Assembly (NCBI GenBank): GCA_049317645.1
Contig: JBMOHV010000001.1
Coordinates: 975 to 64,974, forward strand
Direction: 5' to 3'
DNA length: 64,000 nt
Source: Bacteroidia bacterium
Lineage (GTDB): Bacteria > Bacteroidota > Bacteroidia > UBA7662
Shown here: piece after piece, positions 39,486-48,779 of the stretch
Layout: the number at the start of each line of letters is the position of its first letter
Numbering within the stretch: the first letter of the stretch is position 1
Position numbers and translations under genes: made by a program
The notes under the pieces: model-generated
Seen by the model: the letters and a program-made list of their open reading frames with translations, nothing else
Database searches by the model: none
Told to the model about the DNA's origin: nothing

Positions 39486-40727
39486 ATGCCCAACAACCCC
39501 ATGACCACTGCGCAGGCCCTGCACCTGGAACAAACCTACGGTGCCCAGAATTACCATCCGATTCCGGTGGTGATCAGCCGGGCCCATGGTTGCAACGTCT
39601 GGGACCCGGAAGGACGGGAATACCTGGATTTTTTGTCGGCCTATTCGGCCGTGAACCAAGGCCATACCCACCCCCGATTGGTTAAAGTAATTACAGAACA
39701 AGCAAGCACTTTGACACTGACATCCAGGGCTTTTTATAACGACAAATTGGGCCTGTATTGCGAAACCATGTGCCGAATTTTTGGCTACGATCGCTTGCTG
39801 CCCATGAACACAGGGGTGGAGGCGGCTGAGACATCGGTCAAATTGGCCAGACGCTGGGCCTACGAAGTCAAGGGCGTGGAGGCCGACCGAGCCGAGGTCA
39901 TTTTCCCGGAAGGGAATTTTTGGGGGCGGTCCTTGGGAGCGATTTCGGCCAGCTCCGACCCCGAATCCCGTGGCGGTTTTGGCCCCTTTGTCCCTGGTAT
40001 GCGCCTGGTTCCCTACAACGATTTGCAAGCCCTTGAGGAAGCCTTGCAAAACCCCCGTGTTGCGGCCTTTATGGTCGAGCCCATCCAGGGAGAAGCCGGC
40101 GTTGTCCTTCCCGACCCTGGTTACCTCCAAGGAGTTCGGGAACTCTGCACCCGCTACCAGGTTCTCATGATCGCCGACGAAATCCAAACCGGCCTGGGAC
40201 GTACCGGTGCCCTGTTGGCCTGCGACCACGAAGGGGTGCGCCCGGACTTGTTGGTTCTGGCCAAGGCACTGGGCGGAGGCATGTTACCTGTTTCGGCCGT
40301 CTTGGGTTCGGACGAAGTCATGCTCCGCATTCGACCCGGTCAGCACGGTTCCACCTTTGGTGGCAATCCACTGGCTTGCGCTGTGGCCATGGAGGCGGTT
40401 CAAATTATCTTGGACGAAGACCTGGCCAACCATGCAGCCCATCGCGGCGAACAGCTCCACCGCGGTTTGATGGAATTGGTGACCGCCTTTCCGGTTCTTC
40501 AAGCCACCCGGGGCCAAGGCCTGTTGCGGGCCCTGGTCTTTGGGAATGAAGGCTCCGAAACTGCTTGGGATTTTTGTATGCTCCTCAAAGACCACGGACT
40601 TTTGGCCAAACCAACCCACGGACATATCGTTCGGCTTGCTCCCCCGCTGGTCATCAGCGAGCAACAAACCCAACAAGCCATCGAGATTTTGGCGAAGTGC
40701 CTGTCCCAATTGCCTACTCAAGGATAG
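39486..40727 (+). CDS. rocD: Ornithine aminotransferase (ornithine--oxo-acid transaminase, class III PLP aminotransferase)
   Basis: High colinearity with OAT: YHPIPVV, DFLSAYSAVNQGH, the DEIQTGLGRTG PLP motif and LAKALGGG (Lys). 413 aa. Confidence 0.9.
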   Translation: MPNNPMTTAQALHLEQTYGAQNYHPIPVVISRAHGCNVWDPEGREYLDFLSAYSAVNQGHTHPRLVKVITEQASTLTLTSRAFYNDKLGLYCETMCRIFGYDRLLPMNTGVEAAETSVKLARRWAYEVKGVEADRAEVIFPEGNFWGRSLGAISASSDPESRGGFGPFVPGMRLVPYNDLQALEEALQNPRVAAFMVEPIQGEAGVVLPDPGYLQGVRELCTRYQVLMIADEIQTGLGRTGALLACDHEGVRPDLLVLAKALGGGMLPVSAVLGSDEVMLRIRPGQHGSTFGGNPLACAVAMEAVQIILDEDLANHAAHRGEQLHRGLMELVTAFPVLQATRGQGLLRALVFGNEGSETAWDFCMLLKDHGLLAKPTHGHIVRLAPPLVISEQQTQQAIEILAKCLSQLPTQG

Positions 40728-40759
40728 GCCATGCGGATTCAAGGATAGGCCCTGCGGAT
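40718..40759. repeat. Near-perfect 21-bp tandem duplication (TCAAGGATAGGCC[A/C]TGCGGAT x2) spanning the rocD stop codon
   Basis: Copy 1 at 40718-40738 contains the rocD TAG (40725-40727). Copy 2 at 40739-40759 differs at one base. Confidence 0.85.
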
Positions 40760-40798
40760 TAGAGAGCCCTTGATGGACTCTCCCGTCAAAAAAGACGA

Positions 40799-41143
40799 TT
40801 AAAGCACCGACTGAACCACCTTGCGGAAGGACTCCGGGTGATTCATAGCCAAGTCGGCGAGGACCTTGCGGTTCAGTTCAATCGAAGAACTGTTCAATTT
40901 GCCCATCAATTTGGAATAGGACAAACCCTCCTGACGGGCCGCCGCGTTGATACGGGCAATCCAAAGGTTGCGGAAATGGCGCTTCTTGGTTTTGCGATCC
41001 CGGTAGGCATAGACCAAACCTTTTTCGACGGCGTTTTTGGCGACCGTGAAGACCGTGGAACGGGTGGTGAAATAACCCTTGGCTAATTGCAGAATCCGCT
41101 TGCGGCGGGCGTGGGCGGCTACGTTATTGGACGATCTTGGCAT
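40799..41143 (-). CDS. rplT: 50S ribosomal protein L20
   Basis: [24 protein letters not shown]..., 114 aa. Confidence 0.95.
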   Translation of the reverse strand: MPRSSNNVAAHARRKRILQLAKGYFTTRSTVFTVAKNAVEKGLVYAYRDRKTKKRHFRNLWIARINAAARQEGLSYSKLMGKLNSSSIELNRKVLADLAMNHPESFRKVVQSVL

Positions 41144-41149
41144 GGGGGC

Positions 41150-41350
41150 TTATTTACCGATGGTTAACAAACGCTTGATCAAGGCCTCGTTGGTGGTATC
41201 CACCAAGGCTCCGTGACTAAGGCGACGCTTCTGCACGGTGCTCTTCTTGGTCAAAATGTGACGCTTGTAGGCGTGCTTGCGCTTGATTTTTCCTGTTCCG
41301 GTAAGAGCGAACCTCTTTTTGGCACCGGAATTGGTTTTCATTTTGGGCAT
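41150..41350 (-). CDS. rpmI: 50S ribosomal protein L35
   Basis: [14 protein letters not shown]...HILTKK. The internal start gives the canonical 66 aa. Confidence 0.9.
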   Translation of the reverse strand: MPKMKTNSGAKKRFALTGTGKIKRKHAYKRHILTKKSTVQKRRLSHGALVDTTNEALIKRLLTIGK

Positions 41351-41436
41351 AACGCGGTTTTTTGGGCCCCGCAAAGGCCTTGAATCAAAGCCATCGGGGA
41401 GCGCGAAGATAAGCTGAAATGAAGATTTTTGAGCCC

Positions 41437-41997
41437 CTATTTTTTGACCCCTTTGGGAGCCAACGAGATGAACATACGCTTTCCTTCCAGCTTGGGCATG
41501 CTTTCGACCTTACCCAGATCTTCCAGCTGTTGAGCAAAAGTTAAGAGCAGCAGCTCTCCCCTTTCTTTGAAAACAATGGCGCGACCCCGGAAGTGCACAT
41601 AGGCCCTCACCTTGGAGCCCTCCTCCAAAAAATTGCGGGCATGTTTGAGTTTGAACTGAAAATCGTGGTCGTCGGTATTGGGACCAAATCGAATTTCCTT
41701 CACCAAGTTTTTGGCGGCATGGGCCTTGATTTCCTTTTCCTTCCGCTTTTTTTCGTATTGATACTTGCTGTAATCGGTGATCCGGCAAACGGGTGGCGTT
41801 GCCGTTTCAGCAATGAGAACCAAGTCCAGACCCAGACCCTCGGCCATTTGGAGGGCCTTGGCCAAGGGGTAAACCCCTTGTTCTATGTTTTCACCAACCA
41901 GTCGAACCTCTTCGGCGCGAATATTCTCGTTGATGGGATCCACCGGCTTCTGGGGCCGACGGTTAAAATGCGGATTGCGTACGGGCTGGTTGATAAT
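41437..41997 (-). CDS. infC: Translation initiation factor IF-3, with a probable AUU start
   Basis: IF3 N- and C-domain motifs ([19 protein letters not shown], ...[11 protein letters not shown]). The frame stays open upstream to an ATT at 41995-41997, directly after an AGGAGG. No in-frame ATG precedes the conserved N-terminus. Confidence 0.8.
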   Translation of the reverse strand: MINQPVRNPHFNRRPQKPVDPINENIRAEEVRLVGENIEQGVYPLAKALQMAEGLGLDLVLIAETATPPVCRITDYSKYQYEKKRKEKEIKAHAAKNLVKEIRFGPNTDDHDFQFKLKHARNFLEEGSKVRAYVHFRGRAIVFKERGELLLLTFAQQLEDLGKVESMPKLEGKRMFISLAPKGVKK

Positions 41998-42049
41998 GAC
42001 CTCCTGGTTTAGTTGGGAAAAGGGTTGATAAATCGAAAGAAAAAATAGC

Positions 42050-43993
42050 TCATAGAACTGCTTCCAGTTCTTTCTGCAGCAGGGCTACAAAGGCGGGTAT
42101 TTCCAGGCTCTCGCCCTGACCATGACCATGACGACGCACCGCCACCGTGCCCGTTTGGGCTTCCTTCTCGCCGATAATCAGCATGTAAGGAATCTTCTGC
42201 ACCTCGGCATCTCGGATTTTGCGGCCAATTTTTTCGTCACGGTGGTCAACACTACTGCGAATATCGGCAGCCAAAAGCTCCGATTGCAATTGCTCCGCAA
42301 ATTCCTGAAACTTTTCGGAAATAGGCAAAATAGCCACCTGTTCAGGGGCCAGCCACAGCGGAAAATTCCCGGCACAGTGCTCGATAAGGAGGGCCACAAA
42401 GCGCTCCATGGAACCAAACGGCGCGCGGTGGATCATGACCGGCCGGTAACGACCGTTGTCCGCCCCCACATAGGTCAAATCAAATCGCTCGGGCAGGTTG
42501 TAGTCCACCTGAATCGTACCCAATTGCCAGGAACGACCCAAGGCATCGTGAACCATAAAATCCAATTTGGGGCCGTAAAAAGCCGCCTCCCCGGGAACGG
42601 TCACGGTTTTCATGCCCATTTCGTCCGTGGCCTCGATGATGGCTTGCTCCGCTTTGTTCCAGGCCTCGTCCGTTCCAATGTATTTGGTGCGATTCTCGGG
42701 GTCCCTCAACGAAATCTGAGCGGTGTATTTTTCAAAGCCAAGAACATCAAAAACCTTGAGAACAAGCGATATAACCTTCTTGAATTCATCCTTCACTTGA
42801 TCATCCCGGCAGAACAAATGCGCATCGTCCTGGGTGAAACTGCGGACCCGAGTCAACCCGTGCAATTCCCCGTGTTGCTCGTAGCGGTACACCGTTCCAA
42901 ACTCGGCCAGCCGTAGCGGTAGGTCCCGGTACGAACGGGGCTTGGTCCGGTAAATCTCGCAGTGATGCGGGCAATTCATGGGCTTGAGCAGGTACTCTTC
43001 GCCCTCGTGCGGTGTCAAAATAGGCCGGAAGGAATCCTGCCCGTATTTTTCCCAATGCCCGGAGGTTTGGTAAAGTTCTTTGTGCCCAATATGCGGCGTC
43101 ACCACCTGCAAGTAACCGGCTTTGGTTTGTTGCCTGCGCAAAAACTGTTCCAGGATTTCGCGGACCATGGCGCCTTTGGGGAGCCAGAGGGGCAGGCCCA
43201 TCCCCACCTTTTCACTGAAGGCGAAGAGTTCCAATTCTTTGCCCAATTTGCGGTGATCTCGTTTGCGGGCTTCTTCCAGCATATGCAAATGCTGCTCGAG
43301 TTCCTTGGCCTGCGGGAAGGCGATGCCGTAAATACGGGTTAACTGCTTGTTTTTTTCGTTTCCCCTCCAATAAGCACCCGCGGTATTGAGGAGCTTCACC
43401 GCCTTGATCGCAGACGTGTCCCTCAAATGGGGGCCACGGCACAGGTCCGTGAATGCACCCTGGGTATAAAAGGTGATACGACCGTCTTCCAGGCCTTCAA
43501 GCAATTCCAATTTGTAAGGATCGCCCTTGCCCTCAAAATAGGCTACGGCTTCGGCCTTGGGTACTTCACGGCGCTGAAAAGCAGAAGATCGGCTGGCCAA
43601 TTCCAACATTTTTTTCTCCACTTTGGGGAAATCATCGCTGGAAAAAGCATGGTCCCCAAAATCGATATCGTAATAAAAACCCTGCTCAATGGCCGGCCCA
43701 ATCCCCAATCGAATCCCGGGGTACAGAGCCTCCAAGGCCTCCGCCAAAAGGTGGGCACTCGAATGCCAAAACGTAGAACGCGCACCGGGTTCATCCCATT
43801 TGAGCAAACGAAGGCGGGCTGTTTCGGGAAGACTGCGCTCCAAATCCCAGACTTCGCCGTTCACTTCCGCAGCAAGAACCTGTCTTGCCAAGCCTTCCGA
43901 TAAAGAGCGGGCCACATCCAACGCCGTCGTCCCCAAGGGATAGGTCCGTTGGCTGCCGTCGGGGAGTTGAACGTTGATGGAATCGGGGGTCAT
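42050..43993 (-). CDS. thrS: Threonine--tRNA ligase
   Basis: TGS domain ([11 protein letters not shown]), editing-domain HxxxH (HSSAHLL), class II motifs (FRPIL...[20 protein letters not shown]) and anticodon-binding domain. An alternative start at 44035 adds 14 aa. Confidence 0.9.
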   Translation of the reverse strand: MTPDSINVQLPDGSQRTYPLGTTALDVARSLSEGLARQVLAAEVNGEVWDLERSLPETARLRLLKWDEPGARSTFWHSSAHLLAEALEALYPGIRLGIGPAIEQGFYYDIDFGDHAFSSDDFPKVEKKMLELASRSSAFQRREVPKAEAVAYFEGKGDPYKLELLEGLEDGRITFYTQGAFTDLCRGPHLRDTSAIKAVKLLNTAGAYWRGNEKNKQLTRIYGIAFPQAKELEQHLHMLEEARKRDHRKLGKELELFAFSEKVGMGLPLWLPKGAMVREILEQFLRRQQTKAGYLQVVTPHIGHKELYQTSGHWEKYGQDSFRPILTPHEGEEYLLKPMNCPHHCEIYRTKPRSYRDLPLRLAEFGTVYRYEQHGELHGLTRVRSFTQDDAHLFCRDDQVKDEFKKVISLVLKVFDVLGFEKYTAQISLRDPENRTKYIGTDEAWNKAEQAIIEATDEMGMKTVTVPGEAAFYGPKLDFMVHDALGRSWQLGTIQVDYNLPERFDLTYVGADNGRYRPVMIHRAPFGSMERFVALLIEHCAGNFPLWLAPEQVAILPISEKFQEFAEQLQSELLAADIRSSVDHRDEKIGRKIRDAEVQKIPYMLIIGEKEAQTGTVAVRRHGHGQGESLEIPAFVALLQKELEAVL

Positions 43994-44054
43994 GAAGGGC
44001 TGAGCGGGGTCGGTTGAGGGTATTTTTTCGGACAAAAAAGCCTGCGAATATACA

Positions 44055-45155
44055 TCATTTGAGCCGGTTAAGCCCCTGCAGGGCCTGAGGATACCCCTTT
44101 TGGAGGCGAAGGCATTCCCGGTAATCGGCCGATGCTTCCGCCTTGCGGTCCATCATTTCGTAACACAGCCCTCGGTTTGCCAAGGCCGGCAAATCAGCAG
44201 AGCCCAAGGCTAGGACCCGATCAAAGCCCTGCAAAGCTGGGTCGTATTTCTGCTCCAATAAATCCAGGTAGGCCAGGTTGAAAAGGGCATCCCGATGCGA
44301 CTTGTTCAATTGGAGAAGGGCCCGGTAATCCTGCCGGGCCGAGTCAGGGTAACCCTGGCCCTGCAATAACATCGCCCTGGCGTAGAGAGCCTCCGTATGG
44401 CCCGGACGGATTTCCAGCACATTGCTGAAATAGCGATGGGCCAAGCGAGGGTCTGGTTCGCGCAATCCCAGTTCGAGGTAAGCGGCGTAGAGGCGGGGGT
44501 CTTGTTCGATCGCGGTGAGCCAAGCCGAACGGGCCGCGGTGGTGTCCTTCTGTTCCAGGTGGGCCATGCCCTTGAGGAGGTAGGCCTCGGCCAAACGTTT
44601 GTCTCGTCGCAATGCTTCGTTGAGGTATTTGAAAGCCACCGAATATTGTCGATTAATCAAGGCCAATTCGCCCCGACGTAGGTAGGCTCTCACCAAGTTG
44701 GGATTGCGGGCCATGGCCACTCGCAATGCGTCGTCGGCCTCCGATATCAACCCAATACGGGTGTAGATCTCCCCCAGTATGCAATAAAAAAGAGCATTCC
44801 CCGTGTCCAGCAACAAGGCCGACTTGATATCGGCCGTGGCTTTGCGCAAGGCTTCCCGGGGCTGATCCGGAGACGCTTGGGCAGCGGCCGCAAGGCCGGA
44901 TTCAGTCGTATTGGCCGAAACATCGCGATCGCGTTGCAGCCACCAATCGGCCCGTTCAGCGTACGCCGTCGCATCCGAACCATTCATCGCAATCCGACGA
45001 TTGAGATCTTTCAAAACCGCTTCGGCATCGGGAGCACTTTTTCGTTCCTCGCCCGCCATCTGCTTTGCCTGATCGCTGTTGCATGCCAACAAAAACCAAA
45101 AACCCAAGGGCAGGAACAAGACGACGACCCAACGTTGCACGGAACTGACCATTAC
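44055..45155 (-). CDS. Tetratricopeptide-repeat lipoprotein
   Basis: Probable start MVSSVQRW..., with lipobox FLLAC. Multiple TPR-like repeats ([26 protein letters not shown]...). The ORF table extends it to 45245. Confidence 0.55.
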   Translation of the reverse strand, partial: VMVSSVQRWVVVLFLPLGFWFLLACNSDQAKQMAGEERKSAPDAEAVLKDLNRRIAMNGSDATAYAERADWWLQRDRDVSANTTESGLAAAAQASPDQPREALRKATADIKSALLLDTGNALFYCILGEIYTRIGLISEADDALRVAMARNPNLVRAYLRRGELALINRQYSVAFKYLNEALRRDKRLAEAYLLKGMAHLEQKDTTAARSAWLTAIEQDPRLYAAYLELGLREPDPRLAHRYFSNVLEIRPGHTEALYARAMLLQGQGYPDSARQDYRALLQLNKSHRDALFNLAYLDLLEQKYDPALQGFDRVLALGSADLPALANRGLCYEMMDRKAEASADYRECLRLQKGYPQALQGLNRLK

Positions 45156-45193
45156 TTTTACCAAAAATAGCTTTCGCCAAAAATAGCGACCCC

Positions 45194-46363
45194 ATGCACA
45201 AACACCGCCCATTGATTGAGGTACGCCTTTGGAAAAGGTCCGCATCCGACACGGTGCCCCTATTCACCTTGGTTACAGGATTCATTATCAGCCTCCTGGC
45301 CCTTTCGAACCCCGCACGTTCCCAATCCATGCCCCCGTCGGCGATCCCAAGCGATTCGCTGATCTACCCCGCCGAACAACACTTTGCAAACGCCCGCTGG
45401 CTGACCCAAGGCGGGGACAATGCCGAAGCCTATTGGAACTCGGCCTCCAACAGCCTGGTTTTTCAGAGCAACAACCCCGCATGGGGCCTAAAATGCGACC
45501 AGATTTTTGTCTTGGACCCCACTCAGCTAAAGGCCCCGAATTTCCAACGCCCCACCATGGTTTCGACCGGCAAAGGCCGAACAACCTGCGCCTATTTTGT
45601 GCCCGGCGATGAGCGGGTGGTCTGGGCCTCCACCCACGGCGCGCAGGATTCCTGCCCCCCGCCCCCCGCCCCCCGTCCGGATCGCAAATACCTCTGGTCC
45701 ATTGATCCCGCCTACGATATTTACCTCAGCGATTTGAAGGGAGGACAGCAGGAAGTTTTGGTGGAATCGCCCGGTTACGATGCCGAGGCCACCTTTTCAC
45801 CGGACGGACGCTGGATGGTTTTTACCAGCACCCGGGATGGGGACTTGGACCTCTACCTTATGTCCTGGCCGGAACGCCAGGTAACCCGTGTGACCAGCGC
45901 CCTCGGTTACGATGGCGGGGCCTTTTTTTCGCCGGATAGCAAGCAACTTATTTTTAGGGCATCCCGCCCCCAGACACCCCAGGAAGTAGAAGAATACCAA
46001 CAACTCCTCTCCGAAGGTCTGGTCGCCCCCACCCGCATGGAGCTCTTTGTCTGCAACCTGGACGGAAGCGGCCTGCGCCAAATCACCCAACTGGGCGGTG
46101 CGAATTGGGCCCCTTACTTTCACCCCGACGGTCAGCGGGTTGTTTTTTCCTCCAATCACCACAGCAAGCGGGGTTTCCCTTTCAACCTTTTTATGGTCAA
46201 CCTGGACGGTAGCGGACTGAAGCAAATCACCTTTGACTCGACGTTTGACTCCTTCCCCATGTTTTCACCGGACGGTCGTCGTCTCATTTTTGCCTCCAAC
46301 CGTCGGAACGGCGGAACCCGCGATACCAACTTGATTCTCGTAGACTGGGTGGACCGTCCTTAA
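45194..46363 (+). CDS. TolB-like WD40/PD40 beta-propeller repeat protein, exported
   Basis: Repeated FSPDG/FHPDG + R(xx)F(xS) PD40 motifs (x5). A signal peptide follows the alternative GTG start at 45254. No peptidase domain. Confidence 0.6.
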   Translation: MHKHRPLIEVRLWKRSASDTVPLFTLVTGFIISLLALSNPARSQSMPPSAIPSDSLIYPAEQHFANARWLTQGGDNAEAYWNSASNSLVFQSNNPAWGLKCDQIFVLDPTQLKAPNFQRPTMVSTGKGRTTCAYFVPGDERVVWASTHGAQDSCPPPPAPRPDRKYLWSIDPAYDIYLSDLKGGQQEVLVESPGYDAEATFSPDGRWMVFTSTRDGDLDLYLMSWPERQVTRVTSALGYDGGAFFSPDSKQLIFRASRPQTPQEVEEYQQLLSEGLVAPTRMELFVCNLDGSGLRQITQLGGANWAPYFHPDGQRVVFSSNHHSKRGFPFNLFMVNLDGSGLKQITFDSTFDSFPMFSPDGRRLIFASNRRNGGTRDTNLILVDWVDRP

Positions 46364-46391
46364 CTTCGCCTGGACCCTAGCCCCTCCGCCT

Positions 46392-47561
46392 ATGCCCGTT
46401 TATCACCGCCTGGGACAAATCCCCCCCAAACGCCACACCCAATTCCGCAAGCCCAACGGAGAACTCTACTACGAACAATTGTTTGGGACCGTTGGCTTTG
46501 ACGGCATGTCCTCCCTGATGTACCATCTGCATCGCCCCACCATCATTCGATCCATGGGCGAAACCCTGGACCTGAGACCGCAGATTGCCGTTCAACACAA
46601 TATTACACCCCGGCGGTACCAAGGATTTCAGGTTCAGCCCGTGAGCGATTACCTGCACAGCCGGGTTCCCCTTTTTGTCAACAAAGAGCTCACCATGGGC
46701 CTTGCGGCCCCTTCCGGTAGCAGCCAGGATTATTTTTACAAAAACGCGGACGCCGATGAATTGGTTTTTGTCCACCGCGGAACCGGCACCCTGCGAACCC
46801 AATTGGGGAACATTGCCTTCGAAAAAGGCGATTACCTCCTGATCCCCCGCGGGATGATTCATTGTTTTGAATTTGACGGTGACGACAACCGGCTCTTGTA
46901 CTTGGAATCCCACGATCCCCTCTACACCCCCAAGCGCTACCGCAACTGGTTCGGGCAATTGCTGGAACATTCGCCCTATTGCGAGAGGGATTACAAACTC
47001 CCCACCGAGTTGGAAACCCACGATACCAAGGGCTCCTTTGAAATCAAAATACGCAAACAAGGGATCCTGCATTCGGTCACCTATGCCAGTCACCCTTTTG
47101 ATGTGGTGGGCTACGACGGGTATAATTTTCCGTACGGTTTCAGTATCTATAATTTTGAACCCATCACCGGCCGCGTTCATCAACCGCCCCCTGTTCACCA
47201 AACCTTTGAAAGCAAAGGCTTTGTGGTTTGCAGTTTTTGCCCACGTCTCTACGATTACCACCCCCTCTCCATACCGGCCCCGTACAACCACTCCAACATT
47301 GATTCCGAAGAAATTTTGTACTACGTGGATGGGGATTTTATGAGCCGAAACGATGTCAGCCCGGGTCAAATCACGCTGCACCCCGGCGGCATACCCCACG
47401 GACCCCACCCCGGCGCCTACGAGCGCAGCATCGGCAAAACCTCCACCGACGAATACGCTGTTATGATTGACACCTTCCGGCCCTTGGCCATCACCCAACA
47501 AGCCATGGCCCTGGACGACGGAACCTATTACCGCTCCTGGATGGAAAGCGCGTACGAATAA
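46392..47561 (+). CDS. hmgA: Homogentisate 1,2-dioxygenase
   Basis: Full-length colinearity with HmgA (about 390 aa). Cupin His/Glu region (...HSNIDSEEILYYVDG..., HPGGIPHGPHPG). Confidence 0.9.
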   Translation: MPVYHRLGQIPPKRHTQFRKPNGELYYEQLFGTVGFDGMSSLMYHLHRPTIIRSMGETLDLRPQIAVQHNITPRRYQGFQVQPVSDYLHSRVPLFVNKELTMGLAAPSGSSQDYFYKNADADELVFVHRGTGTLRTQLGNIAFEKGDYLLIPRGMIHCFEFDGDDNRLLYLESHDPLYTPKRYRNWFGQLLEHSPYCERDYKLPTELETHDTKGSFEIKIRKQGILHSVTYASHPFDVVGYDGYNFPYGFSIYNFEPITGRVHQPPPVHQTFESKGFVVCSFCPRLYDYHPLSIPAPYNHSNIDSEEILYYVDGDFMSRNDVSPGQITLHPGGIPHGPHPGAYERSIGKTSTDEYAVMIDTFRPLAITQQAMALDDGTYYRSWMESAYE

Positions 47562-47620
47562 CAAATCTCACGCGGACTCCTTTGACTTCAACCCTGCCCC
47601 CACGATTCCCTCTTACAACG

Positions 47621-48751
47621 ATGAACCAACCTTTGACCCATCCCGCCCCTGCCTCGGTGAACGAGGATTTCCTCCCCTTGCTGGGCACCGACCATTTGGA
47701 GCTCTATGTCGGCAATGCCAAGCAATCGGCCTACTATTACCAGGCTGCTTTTGGCTACGAACTCATCGCCTACGCCGGTCCCGAAACCGGCCTCAAAGAC
47801 CGGGCATCGTACGTGTTGCAACAAAACAAAATTCGTTTGGTTCTCACCTCCTCCCTGCATCCCGATACCGAAATTTCTCGGCATGTGGACAAGCACGGTG
47901 ACGGAGTCAAATTCCTATCGTTGGGGGTGGACGATGCCCAGGCTGCCTTTGAAGCCACCGTGGCCCGCGGTGCTCGTCCCCATCAAGAACCCCAAGTCCA
48001 TCAAGACGCCCACGGTCGGGTTGTGACCGCCTCCATTCATACCTACGGCGATACGGTGCACCGCTTTGTGGAGCGCAAGGATTACCAGGGACTTTTTATG
48101 CCGGGTTACGACAGCCCCCGTTGGAAATTACCTGTGGAATCGGTCGGCTTGCAGTACGTGGACCACTGCGTTGGGAATGTGGAGCTGGGCGCCATGAATA
48201 CCTGGGTTGATTTTTACGAAAAAGTCATGGGCTTTCAGTTGCTGATCACCTTTGACGACAAGGACATATCCACCGAGTATTCGGCCCTGATGTCCAAAGT
48301 GGTCTCGAACGGCAACGGCTATGTCAAATTTCCCATCAACGAGCCAGCCGATGGCAAAAAGAAATCCCAAATCGAAGAGTACATCGAGTTCTACCAAGGA
48401 GCCGGGGTTCAACACATCGCCGTTGAAACCTACGACATCGTCCACACGGTGACCGAATTACGGCGTCGTGGTGTTGAATTTCTCTACGTCCCCGAAACCT
48501 ATTACGATGATCTCACCGAACGGGTGGGGGCCATTCACGAGGACATTGCCATCCTCAAATCCCTGAACATCTTGGTGGACCGGGATGAACACGGTTACCT
48601 CTTGCAATTGTTCACCAAACCCGTTCAGGATAGGCCCACCCTGTTCTTTGAAATTATTCAACGCAGGGGCGCCAAATCTTTTGGCAAAGGAAACTTCAAA
48701 GCCCTCTTTGAATCCATCGAACGAGAGCAGGCCTTGAGGGGAAACCTCTGA
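47621..48751 (+). CDS. hpd: 4-hydroxyphenylpyruvate dioxygenase
   Basis: Two VOC/glyoxalase-fold domains. HIAV...E and FFEIIQRRGAKSFGKGNFKALFESIE C-terminal signature. ATG at 47621 (MNQPLTH). Confidence 0.9.
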   Translation: MNQPLTHPAPASVNEDFLPLLGTDHLELYVGNAKQSAYYYQAAFGYELIAYAGPETGLKDRASYVLQQNKIRLVLTSSLHPDTEISRHVDKHGDGVKFLSLGVDDAQAAFEATVARGARPHQEPQVHQDAHGRVVTASIHTYGDTVHRFVERKDYQGLFMPGYDSPRWKLPVESVGLQYVDHCVGNVELGAMNTWVDFYEKVMGFQLLITFDDKDISTEYSALMSKVVSNGNGYVKFPINEPADGKKKSQIEEYIEFYQGAGVQHIAVETYDIVHTVTELRRRGVEFLYVPETYYDDLTERVGAIHEDIAILKSLNILVDRDEHGYLLQLFTKPVQDRPTLFFEIIQRRGAKSFGKGNFKALFESIEREQALRGNL

Positions 48752-48779
48752 GAACCACCCGTTTTTGAGGGGAAACCGA

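Noticed and set aside
40761-40800. Rho-independent terminator between rocD and rplT
   Set aside because: The hairpin has only 5-8 bp and contains a mismatch or G·U pair, and the U-tract precedes rather than follows the stem on the rplT strand. This is too weak to call.
46377-47564. 395-aa minus-strand ORF covering the whole of hmgA
   Set aside because: The sense strand encodes a full-length, motif-complete homogentisate dioxygenase. The antisense ORF is a by-product of codon bias, with no recognisable domain.
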